Assembly: GCA_050740455.1 (NCBI GenBank)
Contig: JBOIDF010000001.1
Coordinates: forward strand, 2,839-66,838
Length of the DNA stretch: 64,000 bases
Reading direction: 5' to 3'
Origin: Gammaproteobacteria bacterium
GTDB taxonomy: Bacteria; Pseudomonadota; Gammaproteobacteria; JACCXJ01
The position numbers and the translations under genes are program-made. The notes under the pieces were generated by a model, which ran no database searches, was not told the origin of the DNA, and saw only the letters and a program-made list of their open reading frames with translations. Positions within the stretch are counted from its first letter, which is position 1, and each line of letters opens with the position of its first letter. Shown here piece by piece: positions 9,851-17,984 of this stretch.

Positions 9851-10274
9851 CGCAACGGCAACATCACGCCCCGCCCGAGGGCGAAACCGCTTTTCTTACT
9901 AGGTAGATCGTTTCTCCAATTCATTTACGTTATGGCAGTCTTGAATATCGCCTCGGAACGCTATAGGTCGTCATACCTGCGAAAGCAGGTATCCAGGATT
10001 TATGCCGGTTTGCTGGATGCCAGCTTCCGCTGGCATGACGGCCGTTCTTGGAATTCAAGTCGTAAACGTTTATATAAAACACACTACTAGGAAAGCTACT
10101 GACCATCATGAACGCCATGCTGAAAAACAATAGCGCCTGGAACCCGAAAACCGCTTGACATGGAACACGGTTGCTCTCCCGGTGGGAGAGGGAGTTCTTA
10201 AATTTCAAATATTTGTGGCTAGGCTTTCGTCGATGTCGGAAAGGCTTTCTCGCTCGAGGTGGGGCAAACAAGTT

Positions 10275-10856
10275 ATGGACGTAATCGGTGCCTCGCTCGG
10301 GCTCGCCTTGAGTGCCTTGCCGATGCTCCTCATCGCCCTCTCGATCCTGGTGACGATGGGGCGTCCCATCCTCTTCCGGCAAACGCGCCCGGGATTGCGG
10401 AGGGTGCCTTTCGACATCCTCAAATTTCGAACGATGCGGTGCTCGGCGGGAGCCCTCAATGAGTCTGACGAAGCACGGCTCACGCCGCTCGGGCACTTCT
10501 TGAGGAGCTTGAGCCTTGATGAGTTACCCGAGCTTTGGAACGTGCTGAAGGGCGAGATGAGCCTGGTCGGTCCGAGGCCGCTGCTGATGGAATACCTCAA
10601 TCTCTATTCCCCGGAACAAGCGCGCCGGCAGGAAGTGAAGCCGGGGATCACGGGCTGGGCCCAGGTCAACGGGCGGAACGCGCTCGGCTGGCGGGAGCGG
10701 TTTGAGTTGGATGTCTGGTATGTCGATCATCAAAACCTCTGGCTCGACGCGAAGATCCTTCTCCTAACCGCCGGCGCCATGCTGCGCCGGAAGGGGATCA
10801 ACGCGGAGGGCCACGCGACCATGCCGCCCTTTAGGGGAAACAATGCCGGAGGGTAA
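10275..10856 (+). CDS. Bacterial sugar transferase (PglC/WbaP-C-like initiating phosphoglycosyltransferase)
   Basis: ..MGRPILFRQTRPGL..FDILKFRTM..LDELPELWNVLKGEMSLVGPRP.. is the hallmark of the small phosphoglycosyltransferase family. There is an internal ATG with an upstream GAGGTGG. Confidence 0.85.
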   Translation: MDVIGASLGLALSALPMLLIALSILVTMGRPILFRQTRPGLRRVPFDILKFRTMRCSAGALNESDEARLTPLGHFLRSLSLDELPELWNVLKGEMSLVGPRPLLMEYLNLYSPEQARRQEVKPGITGWAQVNGRNALGWRERFELDVWYVDHQNLWLDAKILLLTAGAMLRRKGINAEGHATMPPFRGNNAGG

Positions 10857-11481
10857 TCCTGTATATATTTTGGGCGCCGGAGGTCATGCCAAGGTCGTGG
10901 CGAGTACGCTGCTCGCGGCGGGATACCGCGGGGCGGGCTTTTTCGATGACGATGCCGGCAAGTGGGGACAGACCGTGTTGGGGCTGCCCGTGCTCGGAGA
11001 TCTCAGCCAAGCACTGCGTATTGAGGGGGGGATGACGGCGGTCATCGGAATCGGCGACAATAAGCGGCGCCGGGAGATAGCCACAACCTATACGAATATC
11101 AAGTGGCTCAGTATCGTCCATCCCCGTGCCTATGTGCATCCTACGGTGCGGCTTGGCCGGGGAACGGTGATTTTCGCGGGTGCCGTGATTCAAGCGGACG
11201 CCCGGATCGGAGAGCATTGCGTCGTGAATACCCTGGCCTCCGTGGATCACGATTGTAACATCGGGGCGTTTGTGCACATTGCCCCCGGTGCTCATCTCGC
11301 GGGTAACGTCCTGGTCGGGGAGGGCGTATTGATTGGGCTTGGCAGCAGCGTGATGCCCCATGTGTCGATCGGGGCCCGCACGGTGGTCGGGGCCGGATCG
11401 GCGGTCGCCGGCAACTTACCTCCGGATGTGACCGCAACCGGCCTACCGGCACGTATTCTCAAGATCCGCCGACATGCTTAA
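10843..11481 (+). CDS. Sugar N-acetyltransferase (PglD/NeuD-like, left-handed beta-helix)
   Basis: N-terminal VYILGAGGHAKVV is a Rossmann-like loop, followed by hexapeptide repeats (..GAVIQADARIGEHCVVNT..). Confidence 0.8.
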   Translation: MPEGNPVYILGAGGHAKVVASTLLAAGYRGAGFFDDDAGKWGQTVLGLPVLGDLSQALRIEGGMTAVIGIGDNKRRREIATTYTNIKWLSIVHPRAYVHPTVRLGRGTVIFAGAVIQADARIGEHCVVNTLASVDHDCNIGAFVHIAPGAHLAGNVLVGEGVLIGLGSSVMPHVSIGARTVVGAGSAVAGNLPPDVTATGLPARILKIRRHA

Positions 11482-12598
11482 ACCGATCGCCATGTCCGCC
11501 GCGGATTTGGATGATACCGATCTGCAGGCAGTGCACGATGTGCTGCGTTCCGGCCGCCTGGCCCTCGGGCCCAAGGCGGAGGAATTCGAAAACCTCATGG
11601 CCGGCTATATTGGGGTCCGGCATGCGGTCGCGGTGAATTCCGGCACCGCGGCCTTGCATTTAATCCTGTGCGCCTTGGGCATCGGTCCCGGCGACGAGGT
11701 GTTGGTGCCATCGTTTACCTTCGTCGCCAGCGTCAATGCGATCCTCTATGTGGGCGCGGCGCCGGTGTTCGTGGATATCGAGCCCGAGACCTACACGCTG
11801 GATGCGGGCGATCTGGAGTCCAAGATCACGCCCAAGACCAAGGCGGTCATGGCGGTCGATGTGTTCGGTCACCCGATCGAATGGGAGGATGTTTTAACTA
11901 TCGCAGGGCGCCACGCTCTGGTCGTGATCGACGACTCGGCGGAAGCGCTCGGCGCGGAATATCGGGGAGAGAAGATCGGCCGATTCGGTAGCGCCGCCGT
12001 GTTTGCGTTCTATCCGAACAAGCAGATCACCACCGGCGAGGGCGGCATCGTGGTCACCAACGATGACGGCCTGGCCCGCGTAGTACGCAGCCTGCGCAAT
12101 CAAGGGCGAGACGCGGAGCACGCGTGGTTGCAACATGAGCGGCTCGGGTACAATTACCGCATGAATGAAATGTCGGCCGCCCTGGGCGTATCGCAACTAC
12201 GAAAGATCGACCGCATCCTGTCGAGGCGGAATCACGTCGCGAAAATGTATACGGAGCGTTTGAGCTTACTCGATCTGGTGCGGCCGCCGGTGATCAAACC
12301 GCAGGTGACGATGAGCTGGTTCGTGTATGTGGTGACCTTGGCGGATGGGCTAGACCGCAACGCCCTGATCCATGCGCTGGAGCGGCAGAGCATTCCCGCG
12401 CGGGGATACTTTAGTCCGATTCATCTCCAGCCGTTCATTCGCGAGCGCTTCGGCACCAAGCCCGGGATGTTGCCCATCACCGAATCGGTGGCGAAACGCA
12501 CCCTAGCCCTACCGTTTCACAATCGCATCACCGAAGCGCAGGTGGACCAGGTGGTTACAGGGCTTGAAGAAGCCGTGAAGCGTGGTAACGCGGCCTAA
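11474..12598 (+). CDS. DegT/DnrJ/EryC1/StrS aminotransferase (PglE-like)
   Basis: 374 aa with typical PLP-dependent sugar aminotransferase blocks (..AVNSGTAALHL.., ..GYNYRMNEMSAALGVSQL..). Confidence 0.85.
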   Translation: MLKPIAMSAADLDDTDLQAVHDVLRSGRLALGPKAEEFENLMAGYIGVRHAVAVNSGTAALHLILCALGIGPGDEVLVPSFTFVASVNAILYVGAAPVFVDIEPETYTLDAGDLESKITPKTKAVMAVDVFGHPIEWEDVLTIAGRHALVVIDDSAEALGAEYRGEKIGRFGSAAVFAFYPNKQITTGEGGIVVTNDDGLARVVRSLRNQGRDAEHAWLQHERLGYNYRMNEMSAALGVSQLRKIDRILSRRNHVAKMYTERLSLLDLVRPPVIKPQVTMSWFVYVVTLADGLDRNALIHALERQSIPARGYFSPIHLQPFIRERFGTKPGMLPITESVAKRTLALPFHNRITEAQVDQVVTGLEEAVKRGNAA

Positions 12599-12609
12599 GA
12601 GGGGAACGC

Positions 12610-14496
12610 ATGTCCAAGCATTTGAAAACCTGGCACCTGCGCGCCGCCGCCTTCCTGCATGATCTCATGATGATCCCGCTCGCCTGGCTGTGCGCTTATT
12701 GGTTGCGTTTTAATCTCGGGAGCATCCCGCAGGAATTCTTGACCGCGGGGGTCGGCGCTCTGTTCGTGGTCGTCCCCGTCCAAGCCGTCTTTTATTGGTA
12801 TGTCGGCCTCTACCGGGGTGTTTGGCGTTTCGCCTCGCTGCCCGATCTCATGCGCATCGGGCAGGCGGTGCTAGCGGGCGCCCTCGTGTGCGCGGCGGTG
12901 TTGTTCATGGTCACCCGGCTGCAGGGAGTGCCGCGTTCGGTCTTTCCTCTCTATGCGATCATTCTCGGGGGCTTGCTCGGTGGCCCGCGCTTCGCTTTCC
13001 GCTGGTTTAAGGACTATCACCTGCGCTCGCGCACCGGCCAGCGGGTCATCATCGTGGGTGCGGGGCAGGGGGGCGAATTGCTCATTCGGGACTTGATGCG
13101 CGATCCGGAATGCCGCTACCGGCCGGTCGCGTTTTTGGACGACGATCTCGCGAAATCGGGGCGCGAGATCCATGGCCTGCGGGTGCTGGGGACGAGCGAT
13201 GACTTGCCCGCCGCGGTGGACCGCCTGGATGCGCGGATGGTGATGATCGCCATTCCCTCGGCCACCTCGCGTCAAATGAAGCGTCTGGTCGAGTTGGCGG
13301 AGCGCACCGGGTTGCCGGTGCGCACCTTGCCGAGCATCCATGACGTGATGGCCGGCCGCGCCGGGATGAATGATCTCCGCGAGGTGCTGATCGAGGACCT
13401 CCTAGGGCGCGAGCCGGTGGCGCTCAACTGGAACCTGATTCGATCCCGCCTCTCAGGAAAGGCCGTGTTGATCACGGGCGCCGGGGGCTCGATCGGCGCG
13501 GAGCTATGCCGTCAGATCGCTCAGTTGTCGCCGGGAAAGCTCGTCGTTCTTGATCACTCCGAATTCAATCTTTATGAGTTGGATCTCGATCTCAAGACAG
13601 TCTTCCCGGACGTGGAGACGAGCTTTCATCTGTGTAATGTCTGCGATGAAGCCGCGGTGCGGCGCCTCATGCAGCGCCACGCGCCCGAGGTCGTGTTCCA
13701 TGCCGCGGCCTATAAGCACGTGTCCATGCTCGAATCGCAACTGCGGGAGGCCGTACACAACAATGTGCTCGGGACCAAGACCGTGGCCGAGGCCGCGCAT
13801 GCCGCCCGGGTGAGCCAATTCGTGCTCATCTCGACGGATAAAGCGGTGAATCCCGTGAATGTCATGGGGGCCAGCAAACGCGCTGCCGAGATAATCTGTG
13901 AGAATTTGCAGCAACGCTCCGCCACCCGCTTTACGACCGTACGCTTCGGAAACGTCTTGGGCTCGGCGGGCAGTGTGGTGCCGTTATTTCGTAAACAGAT
14001 CGGCTCGGGCGGCCCGGTCACCGTGACCCACCCGGAGGTCATGCGTTACTTCATGACCATCCCCGAGGCCTGCCAATTGATCATGCAGGCCGCCGCGATG
14101 TGCGAGAGCGGTGAAATTTTCGTGCTCGATATGGGAGAGCCGGTCAAGATCAGCGATCTCGCCGAGCAAATGATACGGCTCTCGGGGAAAGTCCCCGGCG
14201 CGGAGATCGAGATCGTGTATACGGGCCTGCGGGCCGGGGAGAAGCTCTTCGAGGAACTATTCCATGATCAGGAAGCCTTGCGCGCGACCAAGCACAAAAA
14301 GATTTTGCTGGCGCGTCACCGGCATGTCGATTCCAACGTGCTTAAATCGACCTTGGCGGAAATGGCCGAAGCCGTGGCCCACTACGATGAGGCACGCTTA
14401 CAGTCTTTGCTGCACCGCTTGGCGCCCGAATTCCCAACCCAGGCGGGCGAGAGCGCGACGGCCGCGGTGGTGCCGTTCACGCCCCGCGCGGGATAA
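12610..14496 (+). CDS. Membrane-anchored UDP-GlcNAc 4,6-dehydratase (PglF/WbpM/CapD family)
   Basis: 628 aa with N-terminal TM helices and an ..LITGAGGSIGAELCRQ.. NAD-binding site. CapD-like epimerase/dehydratase fold. Confidence 0.85.
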   Translation: MSKHLKTWHLRAAAFLHDLMMIPLAWLCAYWLRFNLGSIPQEFLTAGVGALFVVVPVQAVFYWYVGLYRGVWRFASLPDLMRIGQAVLAGALVCAAVLFMVTRLQGVPRSVFPLYAIILGGLLGGPRFAFRWFKDYHLRSRTGQRVIIVGAGQGGELLIRDLMRDPECRYRPVAFLDDDLAKSGREIHGLRVLGTSDDLPAAVDRLDARMVMIAIPSATSRQMKRLVELAERTGLPVRTLPSIHDVMAGRAGMNDLREVLIEDLLGREPVALNWNLIRSRLSGKAVLITGAGGSIGAELCRQIAQLSPGKLVVLDHSEFNLYELDLDLKTVFPDVETSFHLCNVCDEAAVRRLMQRHAPEVVFHAAAYKHVSMLESQLREAVHNNVLGTKTVAEAAHAARVSQFVLISTDKAVNPVNVMGASKRAAEIICENLQQRSATRFTTVRFGNVLGSAGSVVPLFRKQIGSGGPVTVTHPEVMRYFMTIPEACQLIMQAAAMCESGEIFVLDMGEPVKISDLAEQMIRLSGKVPGAEIEIVYTGLRAGEKLFEELFHDQEALRATKHKKILLARHRHVDSNVLKSTLAEMAEAVAHYDEARLQSLLHRLAPEFPTQAGESATAAVVPFTPRAG

Positions 14497-14500
14497 GGCT

Positions 14501-14633
14501 GGTTAAAATCTATTCCCCGCGGTCTTGCCGCGGGGACCTTAGCGATGGGGTTTCCAAAGGGGAGAAGCGCAGCTCTCCCCTTTGGTCGCCCCACGGGGTT
14601 GCATACCCCGTGGTGGCGAAATCTAAATTGACT
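14501..14633 (+). repeat. Family-1 three-hairpin intergenic element, copy 1
   Basis: Three consecutive perfect stems (CCCCGCGG/CCGCGGGG; CCAAAGGGGAGA/TCTCCCCTTTGG; CCACGGGGT/ACCCCGTGG). Near-identical copy at 25354-25484 on the opposite strand. Confidence 0.8.
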
Positions 14634-14634
14634 T

Positions 14635-15498
14635 TCAGTCACGGTTGATCGGAACCTTAAGATAACAGCGCCCATTCGACTCGGGCGGTGGAAACTGACC
14701 GGCACGGATATTAATCTCCAGCGAGGGGAAGAGGAGCTTTGGCGTCGCGAGTTGCTTATCCCGTGCATTGCGGAACCGGACGTAATCCTCCTCGCTCGTC
14801 GCCGCGTTGATTTGGATGTTGTGCTCCTGTTGTTCGGCCACCGCGGTCTCCCAGCGGTGTGTTCGCCGCTTTTCAGTCAAATAGTCATGACAGAGGAAAA
14901 GCCGGGTCTCGGGCGCCAGCGCATAAAGCTTTTGGATCGAGCGATAGAGCATCCGGGCATCGCCTCCTGGGAAGTCCGCTCGCGCCGAGCCGTAATCGGT
15001 CATGAACAAGGTGTCTCCAATGAAGGCCGCATCGCCGATGAGATAAGTCACGTCGGCTCGAGTGTGGCCGGGCGTGTAGAGCACATGCGCTTCCAGCGCC
15101 CCGATCCGAAAGCGTTCCTCTTCTTCGAATAGGTGATCGAATTGCGAGCCGTCGGCTCTGAGCTCATTGCCCAAGTTCAGTATACGCTTCCAGGTCTGCT
15201 GCACCTCGACGATGTGCTCTCCTATCGCGATGCGTCCGCCGCACTGCGCTTTTACCTCCTGTGCCGCACTCAGCCGATCGGCATGGCCATGGGTCTCCAA
15301 GATCCAATGGACGGTGAGCCCATGCGCTCGAATCCAAGCGATGACAGGCTCTATGCTCGCGGTACTCGTCCGCGAAGCTCCATTGTCGTAGTCGAGCACC
15401 GGATCGACGACCGCGCAATGGGGACCATGGGGCTCCCGCACCACATAGGTGAGCGAGCCGGTGGGTTCATGCATGAAGGCGGTAACGATGGGGTTCAT
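14635..15498 (-). CDS. MBL-fold metallo-hydrolase, persulfide dioxygenase (ETHE1/Sdo)-like
   Basis: Motif ..ETHGHAD.., a ..YTPGHT.. block, and an ETHE1-like C-terminus (..EDYVRFRNARDKQLATPKLLFPSLEINIRAG). The likely start is MNPIV...; the ORF as listed extends to 15525. Confidence 0.6.
   Translation of the reverse strand: MNPIVTAFMHEPTGSLTYVVREPHGPHCAVVDPVLDYDNGASRTSTASIEPVIAWIRAHGLTVHWILETHGHADRLSAAQEVKAQCGGRIAIGEHIVEVQQTWKRILNLGNELRADGSQFDHLFEEEERFRIGALEAHVLYTPGHTRADVTYLIGDAAFIGDTLFMTDYGSARADFPGGDARMLYRSIQKLYALAPETRLFLCHDYLTEKRRTHRWETAVAEQQEHNIQINAATSEEDYVRFRNARDKQLATPKLLFPSLEINIRAGQFPPPESNGRCYLKVPINRD
14646..14723. repeat. 78-bp direct repeat, copy 1 (3' end of the MBL-fold gene)
   Basis: 72/78 identical to 17021-17098. 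Confidence 0.85.
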
Positions 15499-16074
15499 CA
15501 TGTTTATGGTCCTACTGGGGATCACTGGGGAGATACATCTTGGCTTTGTCGAGCGCGTAGCTTCAAGGAAAGCCGCTCACCTGCCAGTCGTTGGCCGGGA
15601 AACGTGCGGGAACTAACGAATGTCGCCGAGTATCCCTTTGCCGTGGGGCGGGGGGCGAGATCCGGCTCTCCGAGTTTCGGGAGCCAAGGACGTTCCGACT
15701 CGGAATTATGGTTTTCTGGCCACATGGTTTGGCTTTACAGCTCTCGCAGGAACGCAGCCAGGTCCTACTTCTCGGCTTCGGTAAGCTTGATTCCCAGCAC
15801 CAGATTGAAGAATTATACCGTATCGTCCAGAGTGAGCAGCCGTCCATCATGCAGGTAGGTCGGCGAGTCCCTAATGCCGCGTAGCGGGAAAGTGCCGTCG
15901 GCCGAGTCCATCCGGCCATTGATCATCTGCGGCTTGTAGAAGCGCTCGACCTTAGAAGCACGCCGGGGCAGGCTGGCGTATAATCATGGGTGCCTGGAAT
16001 TTCCCAGGCGGGGCTCGTACGAGCGCCGGCCGAAGGCTGGCCGGGCCCGAAGGGCGAAAATCAAGGAGGACAGA

Positions 16075-16310
16075 TGGCCACGATCGAAAACCTCGTGCTA
16101 GAGCAACTCCGCGAGCTACGCAATGATGTGGCCGCGTTTCGGACCGACATCGGCGCCCGCATCAGCCGAGTCGAAATGCGTCTAGGCGCCATCGAGGCGC
16201 GTTTGAGCAGCGTTGAGTCGCGCCTGGCCGATATCGAAGCGCATCACGAGCAACGCTTAGAGCGCCTCGAGCGCCGGCTCGAGTTGACCTCGCCAGGCGA
16301 GCCATCGTGA
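16075..16310 (+). CDS. Small coiled-coil protein (78 aa), unknown function
   Basis: Strong RBS AAGGAGGA 7 nt upstream of the ATG. Heptad-rich sequence ..LRELRNDVAAFRTDIGARISRVEMRLGAIEARL... Confidence 0.5.
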
Positions 16311-16329
16311 TCATCGCGGTGATATTCCC

Positions 16330-16512
16330 ATGAGCGCCGACCGAACTCTCGCGATTGCCGGCCTGGTCGTCTTGGGCGCGGCGCTTGTGTGGTTCTTCGG
16401 CCGCGCCTTCGTGATGCTCGGTTGGAATAACGTTCTTAAGGTGTTCCGAGATCCGCCGTTCCTTTTGGCTCTGCTCGGCCTGCTCTTGGTCGTGGCGTCG
16501 TACTTATTATGA
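16330..16512 (+). CDS. Small membrane protein (60 aa, two predicted TM helices)
   Basis: Hydrophobic sequence ..LAIAGLVVLGAALVWFF.. and ..FLLALLGLLLVVASYLL. Tightly packed between two coiled-coil genes, with a 4-nt overlap onto the next ORF. Confidence 0.45.
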   Translation: MSADRTLAIAGLVVLGAALVWFFGRAFVMLGWNNVLKVFRDPPFLLALLGLLLVVASYLL

Positions 16513-16784
16513 CGTACCACGAAAGCGTCACGCTCGGGCTGGTGCGCGAGATTCAGGTCGAGCTCAGAGAGATGCGCGGCGAGATCAAAGCCGCGATTGA
16601 GTCGCTCGACGCAAGATTGAAGGTCCTCGAAGAAGAGCGGCGGAGGCTGGACAAGGGAATACTCAAGATGCGCGAAGAAGATCGCCAGGAACAGGCCGCC
16701 ATCGGCATCGATGACGAGCGCGAGGTCGGTTCATCCCCGCGTGTGCGGGGTATCCGGCGCAGTCAGACGGAAACGCGGCGGTAA
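16509..16784 (+). CDS. Small coiled-coil protein (91 aa), distant paralog of 16075-16310
   Basis: ..LVREIQVELREMRGEIKAAIESLDARLKVLEEERRRL.. has a similar heptad pattern to the first small gene. Confidence 0.45.
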   Translation: MTYHESVTLGLVREIQVELREMRGEIKAAIESLDARLKVLEEERRRLDKGILKMREEDRQEQAAIGIDDEREVGSSPRVRGIRRSQTETRR

Positions 16785-16993
16785 GGCTGGTTGAATTATC
16801 AGGGCGGCGCCTGGCGCGCGGTCCGCGCACGCGGTTCCACCCGCGCCCCCGCCGGCACTGCGGCGCGGGAAGCACCGCGACTGATCGGCGGCTGCCATCT
16901 GCGACCGGACGGTACATGCCCCAAAGGGTTCTGCGTGCGTGTACGCTATTTCTTTTGCACGCTATGGAAATCGTAACGTGGACAGGTGCAGCA

Positions 16994-17010
16994 GATTTTT
17001 TCACAAGCTC
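16994..17010. repeat. Solo MITE terminal inverted repeat (GATTTTTTCACAAGCTC)
   Basis: Matches the right terminal inverted repeat of the MITE at 22168-22310. Confidence 0.5.
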
Positions 17011-17020
17011 CCAGCCCGCA

Positions 17021-17098
17021 TGATTGGAACCTTCAGATAAGAGCGTCCATTCGACTCGGGCGGCGGAAACTGACCGGCACGCATATTAATCTCCAGCG
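17021..17098. repeat. 78-bp direct repeat, copy 2: orphan duplicate of the MBL gene 3' end (~25 codons, no upstream part)
   Basis: The reverse-strand translation ..EINMRAGQFPPPESNGRSYLKVPIM.. matches the C-terminus of the 14635 gene. Confidence 0.8.
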
Positions 17099-17117
17099 TC
17101 GTTAAGCTGCGCGCGCG

Positions 17118-17417
17118 TTAGCGCATCTCCTTGAGCGGCTTGTTAGCCGTATGCTCCACCAACTGGCCTTCGACGAACTTATGAAGCACGCTCGAAACAA
17201 GTGTTTGGTACGGTATGCCATCGGCAAGAGCGCGCTTCTGTAACGCGCGGAGGTCCTTAGATGAAATACGTATGTTGATACGACTATCCTTTTTAAAGGT
17301 TGCCGCAGCCGTCGCTCTATGACGCTCAATCTCTTTATCTACATCTTTGACTCGCTTTAGCGTGCCTTTCTCGAATGCTCGCAAAATCTCTTTCTCTTCA
17401 GGATCAAGTCTACTCAT
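17118..17417 (-). CDS. brnA: BrnA-type ribbon-helix-helix antitoxin
   Basis: ..DSRINIRISSKDLRALQKRALADGIPYQTLVSSVLHKFVEG.. is typical of BrnA. It overlaps the brnT stop. Confidence 0.75.
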   Translation of the reverse strand: MSRLDPEEKEILRAFEKGTLKRVKDVDKEIERHRATAAATFKKDSRINIRISSKDLRALQKRALADGIPYQTLVSSVLHKFVEGQLVEHTANKPLKEMR

Positions 17418-17691
17418 TAGATTCACCCACATACCTTTTTGTGGCTTTCCGGCTCGGAATTATGGTTTTGAGGAATATCACCTCATCCGATTCGACATAT
17501 GGCACCAGATACGCATAGCCTTCGACGATTACGACGGAGATCTTCTGGCCAGCGTAACGCTTCTGGTTTGGGTGCTCGAAGACGTCAATCTCGTCACCCG
17601 CCTCAATATGAAATACAACTTCCTCGAACGATATACCGCGCTCCCTTATCAATTGCTCGTTCTTTTCCGGGCTCCACGTGTAGTGCCTCAT
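17410..17691 (-). CDS. brnT: BrnT-type (DUF497) ribonuclease toxin
   Basis: 93 aa. ..WSPEKNEQLIRERGISFEEVVF.. matches the BrnT/DUF497 family. It sits upstream of, and overlaps, brnA. Confidence 0.75.
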   Translation of the reverse strand: MRHYTWSPEKNEQLIRERGISFEEVVFHIEAGDEIDVFEHPNQKRYAGQKISVVIVEGYAYLVPYVESDEVIFLKTIIPSRKATKRYVGESNE

Positions 17692-17726
17692 CTAACGATG
17701 ATACCAAACTGTGTGCCATATGTACT

Positions 17727-17750
17727 CCCGTGGCGAAATCTAAATTGACT
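17727..17750 (+). repeat. Fragment of the family-1 element (last 24 nt: CCCGTGGCGAAATCTAAATTGACT)
   Basis: Matches the 3' end of the 14501-14633 element. Confidence 0.5.
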
Positions 17751-17947
17751 ATGGCGGCGCCTCGCGCGCGGTCCGATAGCCGCAGCGCCGGCACTCCACT
17801 TTCTCGATGCCGGAACTGCCGCCGAAGGCAAACGACACTTCCACCACTCGAAAGTCGTGGAATCCCAATATACAGAGGAGTCGTCCTAGCTTTTTTAACC
17901 ACTCGTTTATCATTTTGCCGCCTCCGTCGTGAGAATCCGTAGGACCC

Positions 17948-17968
17948 AGAGCTTGTGAAGAAATCGTC
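17948..17968. repeat. Solo MITE terminal inverted repeat (AGAGCTTGTGAAGAAATCGTC)
   Basis: Matches the left terminal inverted repeat of the MITE at 22168-22310. Confidence 0.5.
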
Positions 17969-17984
17969 AGCGACCGAGAGCCAG

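Noticed and set aside
15133-15858. 241-aa ORF on the plus strand
   Set aside because: It is entirely antisense to the well-supported MBL-fold gene. This is a high-GC antisense artefact.
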